Source of the DNA: Octopus sinensis
Lineage: Eukaryota
DNA length: 44,848 bases
NCBI RefSeq assembly: GCF_006345805.1
Contig: NW_021835084.1
Location: 1 to 44,848, forward strand
Reading direction: 5' to 3'
Of the stretch, positions 23,189 to 35,700 are shown one piece after another. Under the pieces are notes generated by a model, which was given only the letters and a program-made list of their open reading frames with translations, had not been told where the DNA came from and did not search any database. A program made the position numbers and the translations under genes. Position 1 is the stretch's first letter, and each line of letters starts with the position of its first letter.

Positions 23189-23457
23189 GAATCTCCGCCG
23201 ATTTTGATTCCTAACTACTCCCACATTTTGCGGTGCAGTTTAACCAAAAGCGGGTATCTTATAGTCGTCATTCATATCGAGCTCTTCAGGGTATTACCGC
23301 ATGTCTATGATGAGTCTACGATTTTTAAAAAATTTACCATCATTTTTCCGCATTTTTAATGATTTTTGCTCGGGTTATATAAGGGAAGTAACTCTCTAAA
23401 AATGCTTATATAATTATTTCCCTTACAAACCCAAGCAACGCCAGGCGATACTGCTAG
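23189..23457 (+). mobile_element. Non-autonomous Helitron, 5'-truncated, internally deleted
   Basis: Ends cccaagcaacgccaggcgatactgCTAG|T; homologous to 42367-42761. Confidence 0.8.
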
Positions 23458-23489
23458 TATATATATATATATGTGAGAAGCCTGTTACG

Positions 23490-23521
<32 letters not shown>

Positions 23522-24025
23522 ACAGGGTTCTCACAGTTTCCATCTACCAGATCCAAACACAAGTCTTTGGTCAGCCTGAGGCTGTAGCAGAAGACACTTG
23601 CCCAAAGTTCCACACAATGGAACTGAACTCAGAACCATGCGGTTGGGAAGCAAACTTTTTAACCACATGCACATATACATCATCATCATCTTTGCTTTAA
23701 CGTCCACTTTTCTATGCTTGCATGGATTGGATGGAGATTATTGAGTCAGATTTTCTGCAGCCAAATGGCCTTCCCCTTTGCCAACACTCACCTGTTTATT
23801 ACAACTATCAACCTATATCAAGACAAAGTGACACTCACACACACACATACACACACGTGTGTGCACACACATGATGGACTCTTCTGGCGAAGATGACATA
23901 TGAGTATGCAGCTTTTGCCAAATGACCATCACCACTGATTTATTTATAGTGACCAAATGTTCATGCCACACTTTAGTTCACTCTTTCCACCAAATCAATG
24001 TTGTCAGAAGGTTCTTTTAGTTTCT

Positions 24026-24258
24026 TATTTCTTTATTACCCACAAGGGGCGAAACATAGAGGGGACAAACAAGGACATACAAAGGGATTAAGTCGATTAA
24101 ATCAACCCCAGTGCGTAACTGGTACTTAATTTATCGACACCGAAAAGATGACATGCAAAGTTGACCTAGGCGGAATTTGAACTCAGAACGTAACGGCAGA
24201 CGAAATACTGCTAAGCATTTCGCCCGGCATGCTAACGTTTTTGCCAGCTCGCCCCACC
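24026..24258 (-). mobile_element. SINE family B with 13-bp TSD
   Basis: TSD tcttttagtttct at 24013-24025 and 24259-24271. Confidence 0.9.
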
Positions 24259-24289
24259 TCTTTTAGTTTCTGTCTGCCAAATCTATCCA

Positions 24290-24657
24290 TCATCATTTAA
24301 CGTCCGTTTTCCATGCTAGTATGGGTTGGACGGTTCGACCGGGGTCTGGGAAGCCAGGAGGCGGCACCAGGCTCCACTCTGATCTGGCAGTGTTTCTACA
24401 GCTGGATGCCGTTCTTAATGCCAACCACTCCGTGAGTGTAGTGGGTGCTTTTTACGTGCCAGGGGAGGCTGGCAACAGCCACGATTGGTTGGGACTTTTT
24501 ACATGCCACCAGCACGGAAGCCAGTCAAGGTGGCGCTGGCATCGGCCACAAGGGCAATAATAAAAGATGCTCGCCCAAGGTACCATGTAGCAGGACTGAA
24601 CCTAAAACCATATGATTGAGAAGCAAACATGCTAACCACACAGCCAAGCCTGAGCCA
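24290..24657 (-). mobile_element. Family C tail preceded (on minus) by a family A-like head fragment
   Basis: C sequence at 24290-24560; head-like caaggtaccatgtagcaggactgaacc at about 24570-24657. Confidence 0.7.
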
Positions 24658-25327
24658 CAATGCACATGTAAAACGGAAATTATTTTTAAACGTCTTTGTA
24701 AGTGTAATTAAAAATTATTTAATTAACGGAATAGCTGTGCACATATGCACATGCGTGTATGAATGTATACATGCGAATGAAAGCGTGTGTGTGTCCCTTA
24801 ATTTATTTGTAGCCCCTGCAATAAATTTGTTTGTGTCAACATTTTCAAAGGCTTTTAATCAACATCGGTTTGGCTAATGAGGGTTGATTAGAAGAAATAT
24901 TCGTTAAATTCTTTGGTTAATATTGCCTTTCAATTCAATTCCTAAACAAGAGAAGAAATGAATGCAAGTGTGTGCATGTTTGAGTGTGTGTGTGTGTGCA
25001 TGTTTTTTGCATGTGTGTGTGTACATGTATGTGTGTGTGTGTGTGCATGTGTGTGTGCATGCGTGTGTGTGTGCATGTATGCGTTCATAGGTGTTCTGTA
25101 CATTTGCTTGTGTGTGGTTTTTGTTTTCTATGTGCATCTGCGCATGTGTTATGTGCAAACATGTGCATGTGAGTATGTGTGTGTGCTTACAAACTGTCTT
25201 TGCGTTTGGATGTGTACGCGTATATGAGTGTGTAAGCATCTGCGTATATGTGCGTGCGTGTGTGTGTGTGTGTTCTTAATTTGTTATGTGAATGAGGAGA
25301 TTTTTATGTATGTGTTTGTTTTGTATA

Positions 25328-27019
25328 TACTCTTTTACTCTTTTACTTGTTTCAGTCATTTGACTGTGGCCATGCTGGAGCAACACCTTTTAGTCGAGCA
25401 AATCGACCCCAGGACTTATTCTTTGTAAGCCTAGTACTTACTCTATTGGTATCTTTTGCCGAACTGCTAAGTTACGGGGACGTAAACACACCAGCATCGG
25501 TTGTCAAGCGATGTTGAGGGGACAAACACAGACACACAAACACACACATACATATACATATATACATATATACTACGAGCTTCTTTCAGTTTCCGTCTAC
25601 CAGACCCACTCACAAGGCTTTGGTAGGCCCGAGGCAATAGTAGAAGGCATTTGCCAAAGGTGCCACGCAGTGGGACTGAACCCGGAACCATGTGGTTGGT
25701 AAGCAAGGTTCATATTTGTTTAAGCAGAATGTGTATGTGTATGTGTGTGTTTATGTGTACATATATATAGAGAGATGTGTATGTGCCTGAGCATGTTTAT
25801 GTACATATAGGTGCAGGAGTGGCTGTGTGGTAAGTAGCTTGCTTACCAACCACATAGTTCTGGGTTCAGTCCTACTGTGTAGCACCTTGGGCAAGTGTCT
25901 TCTACTATAGCCTCAAGCCGACCAAAGCCTTGTGAGTGGATTTGGTAGACGGAAACTGAAAGAAGCCCGTCGTATATATATATATATATATATGAGGCGC
26001 AGGAGGGCTGTGTGTTAAGTAGCTTGTTTACCAACCACATGGTTCCGGGTTCAGTCCCACTGTGTGGCACCTTGGGCAAGTGTCTTCTACTATAGCCTTG
26101 GGCCGACCAAAGCCTTGTGAGTATGTGTGTTAGTGTGTCTGTGTTTGTCCTCCTCAACATCACTTAACAACCAATGCTGATGTGTTTACGTCCCTGTAAC
26201 TTAGCGGTTCGGCAAAAGAGACTGATAGAATAAGTACTAGGCTTACTAGAAATAAGTCCTGGGATCGATATGCTCGATTAAAGGCGGTGCTCCAGCATGG
26301 CCGCAGACTGAAACAAGTAAAAGAGTAAAAGAGACTGATAGAATAAGTACTAGGCTTACAAAGAATAAATCCTGGGATCGATTTGCAGTGGACAATTTGG
26401 TGGCACAGTGAAAGGTGAGGGAGGAAAGGCAATTTGGTTGCAGAGGGGTGTAGGTGGTGCTCCAGCATGGCCGCAGTCAAATGACTGGAACAAGGAAAAG
26501 AATACTATTTCTATGCGCATGTATACCAATTATTTGTTTGTTGTTTACATGTTGTTGTTTACATGTTGTTGTTGATGCTGTAGTTGTTGTTGCTGTTGTA
26601 CAGCCCCAGGTCAGCCTTGGCTGAGCAAGGACATACTCTCTTTTACTCTTTTACTTGTTTCAGTCATTTTGACTTCGGCCATGCTGGAGCACCGCCTTTA
26701 GTCAAGCAAATCGACCCCAGGACTTATTCTTTGTAAGCCTAGTACTTATTCTACCAGTTTCTGTTGTCAGGGATGTAAACACACCAATATCGGTTGTCAA
26801 GCGATGCTGGAGGTGGACAAACACAAACACACAAACACATACACACACATACATATATACGACGGGCTTCTTTCAGTTTCCATCTACCAAATCCACTCAC
26901 AAGGCTTTGGTCAGCCCGAGGCTATAGTAGAAGACACTTGCCCAGGGTGCCACGCAGTGGGACAGAACCCGGAACCATGTGGTGGGTAGACAAGCTACTT
27001 ACCACACAGTCACTCCTAC
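25328..27019. mobile_element. Cluster of family A SINEs: - (25328-25708), + (25809-25972), + (25994-26325, hinge region deleted), - (26636-27019)
   Basis: Direct similarity to family A in both orientations. Confidence 0.85.
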
Positions 27020-27109
27020 ACCATGATCTGAAATATTTCATTTTATTCCTTCACCCCACTTTGCAACCTAATTGTTCCCACCATCCTCAATCCCCAGTGC
27101 ACAACCAAA

Positions 27110-27288
27110 TTGTTATTATTATTATTATTCAGGTCACTGCCTGGAATCGAACTTGGAATCTTGGGATTAGCAGCCCGTGCTCTTAACCACTACGCCATAT
27201 GCCCACGGGCATATGGCATTCTGAGTTTGATTCTAGGCAGTGACTTTAATAATAATAATAATAATAATAATAGTAATAATAATAATAA
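27110..27288. mobile_element. Head-to-head pair of tRNA-only mini-SINEs with (AAT)n tails
   Basis: Minus copy 27131-27204 gggcatatggcgtagtggttaagagcacgggctGCTaatcccaagattccaagttcgattcc; deleted plus copy 27207-27246; 11-bp perfect inverted repeat at the junction. Confidence 0.7.
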
Positions 27289-27600
27289 TCGTTTAACGTC
27301 CGTTTTCCATGCTAGCATGGGTTGGACGGTTCAACTGGGGTCTGGGAAGCCAGTAGGCTGTGTCAGGCCCAGTCTGATCTGGCAGTGTTTCTACAGCTGG
27401 ATGCCCTTCCTAATGCCAACCACTCCATGAGTGTAGTGAGTGCTTTTTATGTGCCACCTGCACAGGTGCCAGACGGGGCTGGCAAACGGCCACGATCAGG
27501 TGGTGCTTTTTACATGCCACCGGCACGGGGGCCAGACGAGTATGGCAACGGCCACAATTGAATGGTGCTTTTATGTGCCACTGGCACGGAGGCCAAATAA
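27287..27600 (-). mobile_element. Family C with internal repeats
   Basis: Matches 13750-14130. Confidence 0.85.
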
Positions 27601-27658
27601 TAATAATAACATCAAAAAATACCTTAGGAATGAGAATCCAGATTCAAAATTTCCCCAA

Positions 27659-27701
27659 GACACCTGATGAAGGCTGGAGGGTATATCAGCCGAAACGTGT
27701 T
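27659..27701 (+). ncRNA. Degenerate HHR-like motif (no helix III or cleavage triplet)
   Basis: gacac CTGATGA a ggctg-gagggtatat-cagcc GAAAC gtgtt. Confidence 0.45.
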
Positions 27702-27994
27702 AACAACAAACAAGATGTGGACAAATATCCGTCAAATGTAAATAATATATAAAATTCCTCCTACCCACTTAAGGCTCATAGTCTTGGAAGTTGCATGGCA
27801 CCTTCACTGATGCCGATGGTATGAACAAGGTCCCCAGTACACACTCCAAAGTAGTTGGCACTGGCAATACATCCAGTCATTGAAAGGAAAGCCAAATGTT
27901 CACTGGAGGACAATGTCCATTGTGCAGCCCTTCAGCCCCTTAAATCCTGTCAAACCAGCCAACCCATGCAAGAATGGAAAATTCCTTTTACATG

Positions 27995-28180
27995 TAGGAA
28001 GTGAGCTGGCAGAAACGTTAGCACGCCGGGCAAAATGCTTATCGGTATTTCGTCTGCTGTTACGTTCTGAGTTCAAATTCGCTGAGGTCGACTTTGCCTT
28101 TCATCCTTTCGGGGTTGATAAATTAAGTACCAGTTATGCACTGGGGTCGATGTAATCGACTTAATCCCTTTGTCTGTCCT
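27995..28180 (+). mobile_element. SINE family B
   Basis: gagctggcagaaacgttagcacgccggg...gagttcaaattc. Confidence 0.88.
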
Positions 28181-28479
28181 TGAATATGTGTGTGTAGGGG
28201 GCCCTTTAATAATTGTGTGTGTGTGTGTGGGGCTTTTATGAGTGCATGTGTGTGCATGTGCATGTGTGATGTATGTGTGCATGCATGTATATGTGTATGT
28301 GCAGTTGACTTGGTATGTGTATGTGAGTGGATTTTACACATGTGTATATATTTGCTTCCTATGTACTTGTTTCTGTAGGTGTACGTGTGTCTGCATATAT
28401 GTATGTCTCTGTATGTCTACATATATGTATCTGTATGTGTGTTTGTGTGTGTGTGTATGGATATATATATATATATAGA

Positions 28480-28640
28480 TCGCTAGCCACTAAACCTTTT
28501 TTGATTTTCTCTCCCTGTTTATTTCTAAGTTCCTTTCTGTTGGAGAACGTAGGCTCGAAACATAAAAGACTTTTTCTTCCCTAGCATTACTACATGTTTG
28601 TTGTTTACACGCCCATCTTCGTCTTTCTTTTTGTAAATTC

Positions 28641-28646
<6 letters not shown>
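28480..28646 (+). mobile_element. Penelope-like remnant in (TA)n with degenerate HHR-like motif at 28533-28568
   Basis: cttt CTGTTGG a gaac-gtag-gctc GAAA cat a aaag; sister of 39285-39525. Confidence 0.55.
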
Positions 28647-28712
<66 letters not shown>

Positions 28713-29269
28713 AAATGTACTGTTCCATGATAGAAGGTCAGCAAAAAAAGTACTCCATCTGGTGGGGTGAGAGATAAATATTATTTATCTAAAGGACACA
28801 ATACATGTCTTTAAGTGCTTCTAATAGTTTTATATGTTGAGAAATATCTCAAACATATTCGTCAGCCACAAGATACATATCATAACGAACTAAAACATTG
28901 AACAAGAGAAGAAACGCAAAAAAGCGGAGAAGGCAGCATTTAGAAAATGCAGAAGATTTTTTTAAAAAACGGTAAACGGAAAATGAAAAAGTGGAAATTA
29001 AAATGTAAAATGTGTAAAAGGTAAAAGAATTATCTTCCTTAGACCTTAAATTATAAGGCTGGAAAGATATTAAGTTAATCAGGTACAGGCGAAATTTTCC
29101 AATGCATCAAAATATATTTATTCATATGTTTGCAACTACTGAAAATTTCAGGGGAGAGTAAGGGATCTTAGATCTGAAAAGGATCTGAGCTCTTTCAGCT
29201 AAACATATATATACAGGTGTGTTTGTGTTAGCATCTATGTGTACATGCGTATTTGTTCATATGTATATG

Positions 29270-29573
29270 TTTGTGTGCATAGGTTTATGAGTGTCTGTGT
29301 ATGTGTATGTATATGTATATGTATATACATGTGTACATATATGAATACGCATGCACTGTGTATTTAGTTGTGTGCACGAACGTCTGGTTGTGTATATGCA
29401 CATTTATTTCTGTGTATTTGTCTTCATGCTCGTACATGTTGATGTATATGCATGTGAATTTGTGATCACATGACTCCTTGTGTTTGTCTACATGTATGTA
29501 CATGTGGTATGCAAGTATGTGTATATATATGCATGCACATAAGTGTATGTGTCAGTTATTTCATTGTTTATGC

Positions 29574-29620
<47 letters not shown>

Positions 29621-30170
29621 TACATATATATATGTATATATATGTATACATATATAAATGTATAATTTTATAAATATATATATGATTTTGCATGTATTTA
29701 TATATTTTATATATGCAAGGATGTATGTGTATCTAACAATTTAAGTGTGTATGTATCAAAATATGTGTGTGTGTGTGTGTGTGTATGAATATATGCTTGT
29801 GTACATGCGTATGTATATGTTATTTTTAAACACAAGTTCAAAATTATTTCTTGTCATTATTGAATTTTTGTTGTTTTACTCCTTTGGTTTTAAGTTTTTT
29901 TTTTTCTCTCTTTTTTTTTTCTTCTTCAATTACTTCGAATTATAATTTTAATTAAAAGTGGGTTGGAAACAAAGATCCTTTAATTTTAAATCATGATGTT
30001 GTTGATCCTAAGATCCATAATTTTCAAAATATTCTCAGTTAAAAATTTTTTTTTTCATTTCCTTTATGTACAAATGCACACACACACACACCACACACAC
30101 ACACACACCACATCGGTGGACATGTGCTTGTGTATACATATAAGGTGGGTGTGTCTGTAAATACATATGT

Positions 30171-30210
<40 letters not shown>

Positions 30211-30253
30211 ACATACATATATATGCATACATACATACACATACATACATACA

Positions 30254-30302
<49 letters not shown>

Positions 30303-30303
30303 G

Positions 30304-30337
<34 letters not shown>

Positions 30338-30794
30338 TATATCATACATATATATGCATACATACATATATATACATACACACACACAATTTTATGGTTT
30401 TATATTATAGTCATGATATTTTCAATATCTTTATTATAATTTTCATTATATATGTGGGTGAATGTGTATATAGATATGTATAAATATATCTATACGTGTG
30501 CACATGAGTGTGTGAGTATGTGTGGTTCTTATTTATATTTTTTTATTTTGTATTTTACTGTTATTTTTCATATATATTTGAATATCCACACGTTTCTAGT
30601 TTTTTCTTTTTTTTCCATACACCTTACATCCATGTGTGAGTATACACACATACATGACAACAGTTTTCAACATACATACAAACTCACAAATATATACATA
30701 CATATATCTGCATGGAAGATGAATATTAAATAATGATGATGATGATGATGTACACACATATATACATTATATACATACATACAGGTGTGTGTAT

Positions 30795-30827
<33 letters not shown>

Positions 30828-30972
30828 TATATATATACATATATATACACATGCACACACACACACATACACACACAAAATTTATTCAATGCTGTGCTTC
30901 TCTGAGGAACTACCCAGAGTCTCCATTCATAATATGCAAAATACACACACATACACACATATAGATGTATGT

Positions 30973-31007
<35 letters not shown>

Positions 31008-31266
31008 ATCACATTCCTGATTTTTATATATAATTTTTTACCACTTATGTTAATTTCATCCCTGTTTTTCTTTTGTTTTTATGTTTTTAATTTTCTTGGC
31101 CATCATAGCCTAGACTATACAGGACGAAAGAATAAATCCATTCTTCTTTTTATTATTATTATTATTGTGGTGGTGGTGGTGGTGGTGGTGGTAGTAGTAG
31201 TAGTATTAGTAGCAGCAGCAGCAGCAGCAGTAGTTGTTGTAGTAGTAGTAGTAATTGTTGATGTTG

Positions 31267-31298
<32 letters not shown>

Positions 31299-31610
31299 GT
31301 TGTTGTTGTTATTGTTATTATTATTATTCATGGCAAAGAAGAAAATTTCAGCACATTGGAAAAGATAAAAAATATTTTTCCATTTTTTTGGAATTTTTAA
31401 ATTATTTTATTTTAAATTATACTTTATAATCTAAGAATATAAAAGTATATAAAAGTCCCTTTTCTTTATTTCCTGCTTTCCTCCCCCTCCTCTTCTTCAT
31501 ATTATTATTATTATTATTATTATTATTATCATTATTATTATTATTATCATTATTATTATTATCATCATTATTATTATTATTATCATTATTATTATTATTA
31601 TTATTCAGTA
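29270..31610. repeat. Mixed TA/CA/CATA and ATT/GTG/GTA microsatellite block
   Basis: Directly visible. Confidence 0.9.
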
Positions 31611-32033
31611 TATTTATATATTTTGTTTGTTCATCTTTGCAATTAATATGTCCAGGAAGGTTGTATTTAACAGCAAGGGTTTAGGGTCAGAAACGGGGTC
31701 ATATATTAAGCAATCAAAGGAGTGGGGGAGCGCTAGGGCAAAAGAGGAGCAGAAAGGAAGAAGAGAGAGTAAAGAGGAAGCAAGGTGCAGAGGAGGGAAG
31801 GGCATGAAAAGAAGGGAGGAAAAGAGTGAATACTGTGCGTGGAGAGAGGGGAAGGGGGCAGAGGAATTTCGTTCATTTGTTTATTACAATATTAATGATG
31901 TCAACATTCTTTACATCAAACCTTTTAATTAGTTGGAAATCGTTTAATTATCATTGCAACACAAAGCTGTGGACAAAGAAACAAGAGAGGAAAATGTTTT
32001 ATATCAAATTGTGGGAAAGGATAAAAAATGCAC

Positions 32034-32203
32034 ACATGCGCAGGAGCGGCTGTGTGGTAAGTAGCTTGCTTACCAACCACATGGTTCCGGGTTCAGTCCC
32101 ACTGCGTGGCACCTTGGCCAAGTGTCTTCTACTATTGCCTCGGGCCGACCAAAAAGCTTTGTGAGTGGATTTGGTAGACGGAAACTGAAAGAGGCCCGTC
32201 GTA

Positions 32204-32264
<61 letters not shown>

Positions 32265-32890
32265 TTCTTTATTGCCCACAAGGTGCTAAACATAGAGGGA
32301 ACGAACAAGGACAGACAAAGGGATGAAGTCGATTACATCAACCCCAGTGCATAACTGGTACTTAATTTATCGACCCCGAAAGGATGAAAGGCAAAGTCGA
32401 CCTCAGCGGAATTTGAACTCAGAACGTAACGGCAGATGAAATACGGCTACGCATTTCGCCATATATATATATGTGACCTCGTGAGTACCACTGGCGATTT
32501 TTTTTCCTCTGTCTTCCCTTCTCGGGATCTTTCCTTCTCCTATGTTTCCGACGAAGAGCTCTGCTCGAAACGTTAAATCCTCCATCTTCCCTTCTTTCCT
32601 GAGCGTCCAATAATACTTTATTTGTTCCACGTCCTTGCATTGTTGTGTTTTTTTGTTTTCTTGTTTGGATTAACTATATATATATATATGTGTGTGTGTG
32701 CGTATATGTTTGTCCCCCTAGCATTGCTTGACAACCGATGCTGGTGTGTTTATGTCCCCGTCACTTAGCGGTTCGGCAAAAGAGACCGATAGAATAAGTA
32801 CTGGGTTTACAAAGAATAAGTCCCGAGGCCGAGTTGCTTGATTAAAAAAAAGGCGGTGCTCCAGCATGGCCGCTGTAAAAGGAGTAAAGA
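32034..32890 (+). mobile_element. Family A SINE whose TA hinge holds a family B SINE (-, 32263-32460) and a Penelope-like remnant (+, 32473-32675)
   Basis: Head at 32034-32205 and tail at 32710-32890 are collinear with intact family A. Confidence 0.8.
32544..32578 (+). ncRNA. Minimal HHR-like motif, CCGACGA core variant
   Basis: gttt CCGACGA a gagc-tct-gctc GAA ACGT T aaat. Confidence 0.5.
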
Positions 32891-33087
32891 GACATGCAGA
32901 CATGTGCACACACACACGCACATATGTATTTGATGGCGTTCTGTCTTTTACTTGTTTCAGTCGCAGGACTACCGTGGCCATGCTGGAGTGTCGTCTGGAA
33001 GGTTTTTAGCCAAACAAATCAATCCCTGGACTAGTTTTAAAGTCTGGTGTTTTATCAGTTCTTTTCTGCTTGACCACTTACACTTTG

Positions 33088-33294
33088 AGGACATAAACAA
33101 ACCAACACCAGTTATCAAGGTACGGTGGAGCACTGAATCGCTAAATTACAGGGACATAAACAAGCAACACCAGTTATCAAGGTATGGTGGAGCACTAAAC
33201 CACTAAATTACAGGGACATAAACAAACCAACACCAGTTATCAAGGTATGGTGGGGCATTGAACTGCTAGATTACAGGACATAAACAAACCAACA
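33088..33294. repeat. 62-63 bp minisatellite, ~3.3 copies, derived from the family A tail
   Basis: acataaacaa recurs at 33091, 33154, 33216 and 33278. Confidence 0.85.
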
Positions 33295-33295
33295 G

Positions 33296-33490
33296 TGAAA
33301 TGCTTAGCGGTATTTCGTCTGCCATTACGATCTGAGTTCAAATTCCGCCAAAGTCAACTTTGCCTTTCATCGTTTCAGGGTCAATTAAATAAGTACCAGT
33401 TATGCACTGGGATCAATGTAATCGACTTAATCCCTTTTTCTGTCTTTGTTTGTCCCCTCTGTGTGTAGCCCCTTGTGGGCAATAAAGAAA
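33296..33490 (+). mobile_element. SINE family B, 5'-truncated
   Basis: gaaatgcttagcggtatttcgtctgcc...gcaataaagaaat. Confidence 0.85.
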
Positions 33491-33813
33491 TGTATATTAT
33501 ATCCCACTCAGTTAAGGAAATCTAAACTTCTGGGCTGCCTAAAGACTCTACTGGTGTTAGTGCCATGAACAAAGGCACCCGGCACACTCTGTAGAGTAGT
33601 TTAGAAAAGAGCTTCCAGCTGTACAAACCATGGCAAAGCTGACATTAGAGCTTGGCTTTGCTTTCCATCCTTTCAGGGTTGTTAAAATAAATACCAGCTG
33701 AACGCTGGAGGCAATATAATCAACTCACTCATTCACCCAAAAGTGCTCTCCTGGGACAAAATTTGAAACTACTATCATCATTAACATCATCATTATCATT
33801 ATACACATATGTA

Positions 33814-34380
33814 TTGGGTTGTCCGGAAAGGTCATGCCAATTTATAGTAGCTTACCTTTCGACTTATTTTAGAACATGGTTGAGTCCATAAAATAGGATT
33901 TGACTACACCTCCATTTAGAGCACAGTTTAAGCCATCTTTTCGTGGAAGAAGGTTTATGTTCCTATAACCTGTGTTAATTCTGTAACCCTTTAAAATGGA
34001 AGATAAGAAAGCTCATTTTTGGCACTTGATGCTTTGGGAACCAGACAAAAATTGCTGCAGCTCGGCTGGGATGTGTTACCCCCACCCTCCATATTCACCA
34101 GGTATTGCTCCTTCGGATTTCCACTTCTTCAGATCTCTGCAGAATAGTCTTAATGGTAAAAATTTCAATTCCTTGGATGACGTAAAAAGATACTTTGAAG
34201 AATTCTTTGCCATGAAACCACCCCAATTCTGGGAAGAGGGTATTTTTAAGTTAAAGCAAAGATGGAGATGCATTGTGCAAGAAAATGGTTCATATTTGGT
34301 TGATTAAAAATGTAATGGCAAGTATTTATTGACCTTTTTCTTTCTTTTAAAAATCGGCACGAACTTTCCGGACAACCCAA
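33814..34380 (+). mobile_element. Internally deleted mariner (DD34D), mellifera-subfamily-like
   Basis: 30-bp TIR ttgggttgtccggaaagKtcRtgccRattt with TA TSDs; ORF 33996-34307 joins N-terminal MEDKKAHFWHLML to PHPPYSPGIAPSDFHFFRSLQNSLNGKNF...ENGSYLVD. Confidence 0.93.
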
Positions 34381-34834
34381 TATATATATATCTATATATA
34401 TATATATACTACGGGCTTCTTTCAGTTTCCATTTACCAAATCCACTCACAAGGCTTTAGTCTGTCTGAGACTACAGTAGAATACACTTGCCACGCAGTGG
34501 GACTGAACCTAGAACCATATGGTTGAGAAACAAGCCGCTTATCACACAGCCATGCCTGTTATATAAATATACATATATATGCTATATGTATGTGCACACT
34601 TCCACACACACACATATGGAGAGAGAGAGAACTAATTAGAAATGTAATGTGTATGTATCAAACAGAACTGTTTTAACAAGCTGTCATTCATTTTTGCTAT
34701 TGTGAATTTATTTTTTTAAATATCGACATTTCCAACCATTATTCTTAGAATTCTTGATAATTTAGCAATTAGATACGAGAGCAACGAAGAAACCATAGAA
34801 CATGATTATTGTTGTTCTGTTTTTCTTTTTATTA

Positions 34835-35310
34835 TCATTATTATTATTATTATTATTGTTATTATTATTATTATTATTATTATTAGTTTATTATTATTAT
34901 TGTTATTATTGTTATTATTATTATAATTGTTATTATTATTGTTATTATTTTATTGTTATTATTATTATTATTATTATAATTGTTATTATATTATTATCTT
35001 ATTATTGTTATTATAATTGTTATTATTATTATTGTTATTATTATTATTGTTATTATTGTTATTATTATTATAATTGTTATTATTATTAATTTATTATTAT
35101 TATTTTATTGTTATTATAATTGTTATATTATTGTTATTATTGTTATTATTATTATAATTGTTATTATTATTGTTATTATTATTATTGTTATTATTATTAT
35201 TATTATTATTATAATTGTTATTATTATTATTATTATTATTATTGTTATTATAATTGTTATTATTATTATTGTTATTATTATTATTGTTATTATTGTTATT
35301 ATTATTATAA

Positions 35311-35345
<35 letters not shown>

Positions 35346-35409
35346 GTTATTATAATTGTTATTATTATTATTGTTATTATAATTGTTATTATTATTATTG
35401 TTATTATTA

Positions 35410-35441
<32 letters not shown>

Positions 35442-35700
35442 GTTATTATTATTGTTATTATTATTATAATTGTTATTATTATTATTGTTGTTATTATTAT
35501 GTTATTATTATTATTATTATTGTTATTATTATTATTATTGTTGTTATTATTATTGTTATTATTATTATTATTATTGTAGTATTATTAGTATTATTGTTAT
35601 TATTATTATTATTATTGTTATTATTATTATTATTATTGTTATTATTATTATTGCTATTATTATTATTATTATTATTATTGTTATTATTATTATTAATATT
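34835..35700. repeat. ~870-bp imperfect (ATT)n/(GTT) triplet array
   Basis: Directly visible; source of the poly-I/Y/L ORFs. Confidence 0.95.

Noticed and set aside
27131-27204. Functional tRNA-Ser gene
   Set aside because: No long variable arm, poor acceptor stem, and an (AAT)n tail instead of a poly-T terminator.
33088-33294. CRISPR-like array
   Set aside because: The whole unit repeats with no unique spacers, in a eukaryotic context with no cas genes.
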